Origin: a virus
Lineage: Duplodnaviria > Caudoviricetes
Length of the DNA stretch: 64,000 nt
Virus record (IMG/VR): IMGVR_UViG_3300010262_000138
Span: 48,217 to 112,216 of that record
Reading direction: 5' to 3' (one strand)
The stretch's first letter is position 1. Every line of letters starts with the position of its first letter. The notes beneath the pieces are model-generated. The model made no database searches. It had not been told where the DNA came from and was given only the letters and a program-made list of their open reading frames with translations. Positions 58,228 through 64,000 of the stretch are shown piece by piece. Both the position numbers and the translations under genes were made by a program.

Positions 58228-60159
58228 TTGAATATAAACGTAAAGCTGTATCAGCCCTTTGTGGTGGCGCTGAATAAGCTAAAACAGGAATACGGAGAGG
58301 AGTTTGAAAAGATCAATGGATTGCACAACGACAATCTGAGCTTCACCGACTTTATCGATCACTTCGTTGATTCTGATAATACCGCGAATTCTACTATTGA
58401 CGCGAATGCAAATATCCAGTCAAAAGATATGGTGAACCTTCTTAGTGAGATGTCCAAGCCTCATATGAAACTTCTCGGATACAACAAGCTCTTTTATGAG
58501 ATTGTCAAGAAATATGGCATGGCAAAAGCCCAAGAGGTATTGGAAAGCGAGTGGAGAGGCGACATCTTCATTCACAACTCTTCGGATATCAGCTTCCGTC
58601 CATACTGTTTTAACTACGATCTGGAAAAACTTGCAACAAGGGGCATGTTTTTTGTATCTAACCTGAAGACCGGACCCGCAAAACATTTGACAACCTTCTG
58701 CGACCATCTCCTCGAGATGGTATCCTGGGTTTCCAACCGGCAATCCGGCGCCTCCGGAATCGCAAACGCCCTTATGTGGATGTACTGGTTTTGGAAAAAT
58801 GATGTTGCCGATCATCACTACATCAAATCTCCTGAGTATTACAGAGACCAGTGTTTCCAAAAGTTTATCTTCGATCTTAATATGCCCTATTTGAGAATTT
58901 CCCAGTGTGCTTATACAAATATCTCAACGTATGACCGCGTTTACTGCGAAGAAATGTTCGGGAACTTTGTATATCCTGACGGTACATACTTCATTGATTG
59001 CGTTGATGAGTTTATTGAATTTCAAAAGCGATTTTTGGAGCTGTTCAGCGAAATGCGGGAGACAAATCTGTATACATATCCGGTACTGACGTGCTGCTTG
59101 GTGTATCGGGACGGAGAATTTAAGGACCCTGAGTTCGCCCGGTGGATGTCAGACCATAATATGCGATGGGCCGATTCCAATTTCTTAATCTCTCCGGACA
59201 CAACTTCTGCCGCCTCATGTTGCCGGCTCTTATCTTCAATTACAGATCTGAAGGTAGAAAAGAAAGAGAAGTTGTCAGGGGTTCTGAATTCTATCGGAGG
59301 ATCTTCATTAGACATCGGAAGTGTTGTTGTCACTACGCTGAATATGGCCGGGCTTGCCTACCAATCCAAAGACGTTGACGGATTCTTTGATGTCCTTGAA
59401 CGTAAAACAAGGCTCATTATTGAAGCAAATGATGTGGTGCGCAGCATTATTAAAAGAAATGTTGAAAAGGGCCTGCTCCCTAACTACAGCTATGATCTTA
59501 TGAAGTTTGAGCGCCAGATGAACACCATTGGGATTAACGGAGTTTGGGAGGCTGCCAAACATTTTGGTTTTACCTGTCAAGATGAATTTGGATACTGGGA
59601 TTACACAGAGGAAGGGCTTAACTTTGCAAGCTCTATTTTGGATAAAATCAATCAGATTAAAGGCAGCTACGACTTTGACTATTCCATCAATATTGAGCAA
59701 ACCCCAATGGAAAACGGGGCAATTAAAATTGCAAGAAAGAATCAAATTCTTTATGGGTCTGATGACTATATTACCGGGAACCAGTGGATCAGCCTGAAGG
59801 ATAAGGCGACAATTCAGGCCAGAGCAAGAGCTGCGGGTATTTTGGACTCCAAATGCGGGGGAGGATGCATCACACACGTTCAGATTGACGCTCCGTTTAA
59901 TAATTCAGAACAGGCATGGCGCACTTTGAATTATATGGCGGAACAGGGCGTAATCTATTTTGCATATAACCTGAAAATCAATCTGGATGACCGGCAGCAT
60001 AGTTTTACAACCTCTACCTGCCCCTATTGTGGTGATCTCCCATCTGAAACCTACCAAAGAATCGTAGGATATCTTGTCCCTACAAAGTCGTGGAGCGAAG
60101 GACGCAGGGAGGAGCTTGCGGAGAGAGACTGGATGAACCTGAACGACGTGATTTTGTGA
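58228..60159 (+). CDS. nrdD: Anaerobic (class III) ribonucleoside-triphosphate reductase
   Basis: PYC, SCCRL and C-terminal RIVGYL glycyl-radical loop; TTG start behind GGGAGG. Confidence 0.92.
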   Translation: MNINVKLYQPFVVALNKLKQEYGEEFEKINGLHNDNLSFTDFIDHFVDSDNTANSTIDANANIQSKDMVNLLSEMSKPHMKLLGYNKLFYEIVKKYGMAKAQEVLESEWRGDIFIHNSSDISFRPYCFNYDLEKLATRGMFFVSNLKTGPAKHLTTFCDHLLEMVSWVSNRQSGASGIANALMWMYWFWKNDVADHHYIKSPEYYRDQCFQKFIFDLNMPYLRISQCAYTNISTYDRVYCEEMFGNFVYPDGTYFIDCVDEFIEFQKRFLELFSEMRETNLYTYPVLTCCLVYRDGEFKDPEFARWMSDHNMRWADSNFLISPDTTSAASCCRLLSSITDLKVEKKEKLSGVLNSIGGSSLDIGSVVVTTLNMAGLAYQSKDVDGFFDVLERKTRLIIEANDVVRSIIKRNVEKGLLPNYSYDLMKFERQMNTIGINGVWEAAKHFGFTCQDEFGYWDYTEEGLNFASSILDKINQIKGSYDFDYSINIEQTPMENGAIKIARKNQILYGSDDYITGNQWISLKDKATIQARARAAGILDSKCGGGCITHVQIDAPFNNSEQAWRTLNYMAEQGVIYFAYNLKINLDDRQHSFTTSTCPYCGDLPSETYQRIVGYLVPTKSWSEGRREELAERDWMNLNDVIL

Positions 60160-60641
60160 TGAAGCTGAAGAATATTTCACACGAAGATTTCGTTAATTAC
60201 CGTTTACCCTCTATGATGCTCGCTTCCTGTTCCTGCACATGGAAGTGCCCAATTGAACAGGGGTTGCCCGTATCAGTCTGTCAAAATTCTGAAGTTGCCA
60301 ACCAACCGACTATGGATATCCCATTAGATAGAATCGTCGCGGAATATAAGGCTAACCCTATCACCCAGGCGATTGTGATCGGAGGACTGGAGCCAATGCT
60401 TCAGTTCTCCGAACTGATTGACCTTATCCAGTGCCTACGCAGCTCCGGGATTAACGACGATGTTGTTATTTATACCGGATACCGGGAGGACGAGCTTACA
60501 AGCGAAATCGCCGCCTTAAAACGATATCCAAATATCGTTGTAAAATTTGGACGCTACATACCGGGGCATACCCCTCATTACGACCCTGTGCTCGGAGTAG
60601 AGCTTGCATCTGATGATCAGTACGCGGTCAGGATATCATAA
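60159..60641 (+). CDS. nrdG: NrdG-like radical SAM activase
   Basis: C.WKC...CQN, GGLEP, IYTGY and KFGRY motifs; follows nrdD. Confidence 0.82.
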   Translation: MKLKNISHEDFVNYRLPSMMLASCSCTWKCPIEQGLPVSVCQNSEVANQPTMDIPLDRIVAEYKANPITQAIVIGGLEPMLQFSELIDLIQCLRSSGINDDVVIYTGYREDELTSEIAALKRYPNIVVKFGRYIPGHTPHYDPVLGVELASDDQYAVRIS

Positions 60642-60650
60642 GGAGATTTT

Positions 60651-60839
60651 ATGGAAATTCATGTCGTAAACAACCTGAAGCACGTAACTGAAGTAAGAAA
60701 CGCACTCAAAGAATCAGGGGGATACTGCCCCTGCAAATTGGAAAAGACAGAGGATACGAAGTGTATCTGCAAAGAATTCAGAGAAAGTCCCGCTGGTACG
60801 ACCTGCCACTGCGGGCTGTATGTAAAAACAGAGGAATGA
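60651..60839 (+). CDS. Ferredoxin-thioredoxin reductase catalytic-subunit-like protein
   Basis: YCPC, C.C and CHCGLY motifs. Confidence 0.8.
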   Translation: MEIHVVNNLKHVTEVRNALKESGGYCPCKLEKTEDTKCICKEFRESPAGTTCHCGLYVKTEE

Positions 60840-60842
60840 GTT

Positions 60843-61637
60843 ATGAATTCATTACATAAATACGGCGCACTTCGCCCAAAGATAGACATCCGGGATTACC
60901 GCTATAAACCTGCCACGACGATGGTGCTTCCCGAGGAATACGAGCTGGAAAAACCATGCGTAAAGAATCAGGGCGCGATATGCTCTTGTGTGGCTCACGC
61001 CCTCAGCTCAATTATTGAGTACCATAATAAGAGGCAGCAGGGGACGGAAGACGGGTTTTCTGTCGGATTCCTTTACGGATGCCGACCTTATGAGTATCAG
61101 GGAGCCGGACTTTATCTGCGCGACGCTCTTTCAGTCGCTTGTAAATACGGAGACGTAAAAGAAGGGGACTTCCCCTATAACGAAGAAATCCCCGGAATTA
61201 TTGACAGAGTAGAGCAATGTCTGTCTAATCTGAAGAAAAAGGCTGAACCAAATCGAATAAGCTGTTATGCAAGGGTAGAAACCGATTCAGAAATCAAATC
61301 CGCCCTGATAAATAACGGACCAGTGTTAATCAATATCCCCGTATATCATGACCTTACACAGAATTCAAAGGGAGAAATCCTCCCTTACGGAAAGGTACAA
61401 GGCTATCATGGTGTTTTAATCTATGGATGGACCTCATCTGGTTGGAAAATTCTAAATTCGTGGGGATCTCGGTGGGGAAATAACGGCTCCGCTATACTGA
61501 AATATGAATATCCGATTGAAGAAGCGTGGAGCGTTACGGATGATATTATCAACGTCAGAAAAATGCCTTTCTCAGAAGCCTTTAACATTTTCTATAAGAT
61601 TATCAATAAAGTATTAAATTGGAGAAGTTGTAAATGA
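60843..61637 (+). CDS. Papain-like C1 peptidase
   Basis: NQG...SCVAHA, YHGV and LNSWG motifs. Confidence 0.88.
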   Translation: MNSLHKYGALRPKIDIRDYRYKPATTMVLPEEYELEKPCVKNQGAICSCVAHALSSIIEYHNKRQQGTEDGFSVGFLYGCRPYEYQGAGLYLRDALSVACKYGDVKEGDFPYNEEIPGIIDRVEQCLSNLKKKAEPNRISCYARVETDSEIKSALINNGPVLINIPVYHDLTQNSKGEILPYGKVQGYHGVLIYGWTSSGWKILNSWGSRWGNNGSAILKYEYPIEEAWSVTDDIINVRKMPFSEAFNIFYKIINKVLNWRSCK

Positions 61638-62065
61638 ACGTAACTCTCAAGAAGCTCAGTGATAATGCAATTACCCCCGCTCAGGGCAGTCCGTATGCGG
61701 CGGGGTACGACCTGTATGCCTGTCTGGACGCTCCTGTAACCATCCAGCCGTTCCACACTGTAAAGATTCCAACAGGGCTGTCCATGTCTCTTCCGGACGG
61801 CTTTGCAGGACTGATTTACGCCCGCAGCGGACTAGCTACCAAAAATGGGGTTAGACCTGCTAATTGCGTAGGCTTGTGCGACGCCGACTATAGAGGAGAG
61901 TATATCGTTGCGCTCCATAATGACAGTACAGAGCTTTATACTGTGAATCATGGGGACCGTATCGCACAGCTCGTAATCGCGCCGGTTGCACATGTGAACT
62001 TCGTCGAAGGAGATTTGGAGGCAACTGAACGCGGTAACGGAGGATTCGGCAGCACCGGAAGATAA
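61634..62065 (+). CDS. dut: Trimeric dUTPase
   Basis: AGYDL, RSG, D.DYRGE and RGNGGFGSTG motifs. Confidence 0.96.
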   Translation: MNVTLKKLSDNAITPAQGSPYAAGYDLYACLDAPVTIQPFHTVKIPTGLSMSLPDGFAGLIYARSGLATKNGVRPANCVGLCDADYRGEYIVALHNDSTELYTVNHGDRIAQLVIAPVAHVNFVEGDLEATERGNGGFGSTGR

Positions 62066-62119
62066 GCGGAATAGTTCAGCCTAAGTCTACATATACATCA
62101 TCAAAAAGGGAGGATGAAT

Positions 62120-62233
62120 ATGGAAAATATTATTGTAAAGCCAAACACCATTACATACAGCAAGGAAGAGATGGAGCGCATTATAAACGGGAAAATCTCA
62201 AATCTGATTAGAAATGAACTGCATGATCTGTGA
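62120..62233 (+). CDS. 37-aa ORF upstream of the integrase, candidate recombination directionality factor
   Basis: GGGAGG RBS; the function is inferred from position only. Confidence 0.35.
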   Translation: MENIIVKPNTITYSKEEMERIINGKISNLIRNELHDL

Positions 62234-62314
62234 TATGGTTGGAGTTTGTGGTATAATGAGAGCTACAGATTTCGCGCCGTTGCAAAGGCCGTACCAGATA
62301 GGGAGGTGCGCCTA

Positions 62315-63904
62315 ATGCCAATGGTAGATTGCTATGTCCGCCTGTCCGATGAAGACAGAGATAAGAGCAATGTCTTTGATGCCAGCGAGAGCATAAAGAA
62401 TCAGAAGTCGATGCTGATCAGTTACTGCATGGAAAGGGGATGGCAGATCCACAAAGTATATTGTGATGAAGATTATTCCGGGGCGGATAAAAACCGCCCC
62501 GGTTGGCTTCAAATGATTGAAGACTGCGAGAACGGCGTTGTTGATACGGTGGTCTGTAAAGCGCAGTCAAGATTCAGCCGGGATATGGAAATGGTCGAAA
62601 AGTACATTAACGGGAAGTTTGTCGAGTGGGGAGTCAGATTTATTGCGATTCTGGATAACATTGATACCAATGTCGCCGGAAACAAAAAGGCGAGACAGAT
62701 CAATGGCCTTATCAATGAATGGTATCTTGATGACCTTTCAGAGAATATCAAATATGTACTGACCCATAAAAAGAAAAACGGGAAGTGGACGGGTTCTTTT
62801 GTCCCATATGGTTATATTACCGATCCAAAGGATAAAAACCATATGCTGATAGACCCCGTAGCAAGCCAGATTGTCAAAGAAATCTTCCAGATGTTTGCAG
62901 ACGGTAAGGGATACGTGGCGATTGCCAAAGAGCTGAATGAGCGCAGCGTCCCAAACCCCACCCGATACAAAAGAATGAATGGGAGCAATTTCAAAACAAA
63001 AGAGAATCGTGTGACTTCCTCAATCTGGACAGAATCGACCATCTACTATATCATTCGCCAAGAAATCTATTTGGGCAGACTTGTTCAAGGAAAAACGCAA
63101 AATATCAGCTATAAAACCAAAAAGCGCCGCTTCGTCCCAAAGAAAGACTGGATACGATGTGAAAATACACATGAGGCAATTATCTCGCAGGATCTTTGGA
63201 ACCGAGTACATTCAAGGCTAAGGGTGAAATCCCGATCTACCTTTGCAGACATTGATTCTTGTGGAGAGCGTCATATCTTCAGCGGCAAAGTATTCTGTGC
63301 GGAGTGCGGCAATCGCATGTATAAGCTGAGTTCAAAGGGAGGGAGAGGAACACATCGTTATAAGTATTTGAGATGTGCCACCCGTAAAAACTCAGAGAGC
63401 GAATGCACGAACAGTAAGTTTATCCGATTTGACTTCCTTGAGCAAAAAGTTTTAAGTGAGATTAACGCCTTGATAGACAGGTATTATAATCCCGATCTCA
63501 TCACAATTCCTGAAAGAGAAAGTAAAACCGAGAAAAGAATAAAATCGTTAACGACCGAAAAGACAAAACTTACAAATGAAATTGCGTCTGTCAAAAACGC
63601 ATCTGCCAACCTTTACCGGGATCGCATAAAAGGGTTGATTGATGATGACCAGTTTGCGATGCTCAACGATGAGTTCTGGACTCAGGTTAAATCTCTGCAA
63701 GGTCGCCTAGACTCCATCGCAGTAGAGATAGAAGACTTAGACATTTCAAGCAATCTCGCTGTATCCAAAGATGAAATTATATCGAAATATGAGCACATTT
63801 CTTGCCTCACCCATGCCATTGTTGATGAGTTTATCTCGGCAATATATATTGGAAATGTTACCGAAAATGGGCAGAGGGAGATCGAAATTGAGTGGAATTT
63901 TTAG
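62315..63904 (+). CDS. Large serine recombinase (phage integrase)
   Basis: YVRLS catalytic motif, SRFSR, recombinase domain, Zn ribbon CAECG and coiled coil; GGGAGG RBS before ATG at 62315. Confidence 0.95.
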   Translation: MPMVDCYVRLSDEDRDKSNVFDASESIKNQKSMLISYCMERGWQIHKVYCDEDYSGADKNRPGWLQMIEDCENGVVDTVVCKAQSRFSRDMEMVEKYINGKFVEWGVRFIAILDNIDTNVAGNKKARQINGLINEWYLDDLSENIKYVLTHKKKNGKWTGSFVPYGYITDPKDKNHMLIDPVASQIVKEIFQMFADGKGYVAIAKELNERSVPNPTRYKRMNGSNFKTKENRVTSSIWTESTIYYIIRQEIYLGRLVQGKTQNISYKTKKRRFVPKKDWIRCENTHEAIISQDLWNRVHSRLRVKSRSTFADIDSCGERHIFSGKVFCAECGNRMYKLSSKGGRGTHRYKYLRCATRKNSESECTNSKFIRFDFLEQKVLSEINALIDRYYNPDLITIPERESKTEKRIKSLTTEKTKLTNEIASVKNASANLYRDRIKGLIDDDQFAMLNDEFWTQVKSLQGRLDSIAVEIEDLDISSNLAVSKDEIISKYEHISCLTHAIVDEFISAIYIGNVTENGQREIEIEWNF

Positions 63905-64000
63905 TTTAGTAAACTCATAATGTGAGAGTGAGTAGTATCAAAAAATGGCTTAAACATGCGGTTTGTGAAGCCGATTTTTGTATAAAACTATTCACCACAC

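Larger units (their letters stand above)
1..63904. mobile_element. Large SPbeta-like temperate (pro)phage, partial
   Basis: YonO-like RNAP, HU, YonJ-like phosphoesterase, DnaE, primase-helicase, NrdD, ThyX, tRNAs, antirepressor and terminal serine integrase, arranged in two divergent gene blocks. Confidence 0.9.

Noticed and set aside
63905-64000. Attachment site after the integrase
   Set aside because: The position is plausible, but the partner att site is outside the window, so no core can be defined.

Overview
The window is most of a large SPbeta-like temperate (pro)phage from a Clostridia-type (Bacillota) host. Family assignments below come from recognising motifs by eye, not from database searches. 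The left arm (1-14.2 kb, minus strand) carries YonG-like and YonJ-like genes, HU, PhoH, ClpP and a YonO-like two-barrel RNA polymerase. The polymerase's catalytic DxDGD motif is split by a 251-nt group I intron. The arm continues with an antirepressor, a putative replication initiator and a repeat-rich probable origin. The right arm (14.7-63.9 kb, plus strand) holds many small early hypothetical genes and a tyrosine recombinase / orphan MazF / MrpR-like control region with a LexA box. It then has a replication module (HD protein, Sak3, SSB, RecB-like nuclease, primase-helicase, and DnaE split by a second group I intron), a circularly permuted C5 methyltransferase, nucleotide metabolism genes (ThyX, NrdDG, dUTPase) and a terminal large serine integrase. 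The most unusual part is an RNA-rich island at 36.7-39.5 kb. It contains (i) a DIP1984/DUF6847-like gene followed directly by a ~500-nt highly structured non-coding region, (ii) a tRNA gene whose anticodon loop holds a ~270-bp antisense small-peptide expression cassette, (iii) a second inverted-repeat-bounded antisense peptide cassette with the same architecture, (iv) a convergent pair of paralogous genes, and (v) a tRNA-Ile(UAU). Elsewhere, a directional 12-mer (CCATCCACATCA) recurs six times in intergenic leaders, and several core genes appear to use ATA/ATC/ATT starts.
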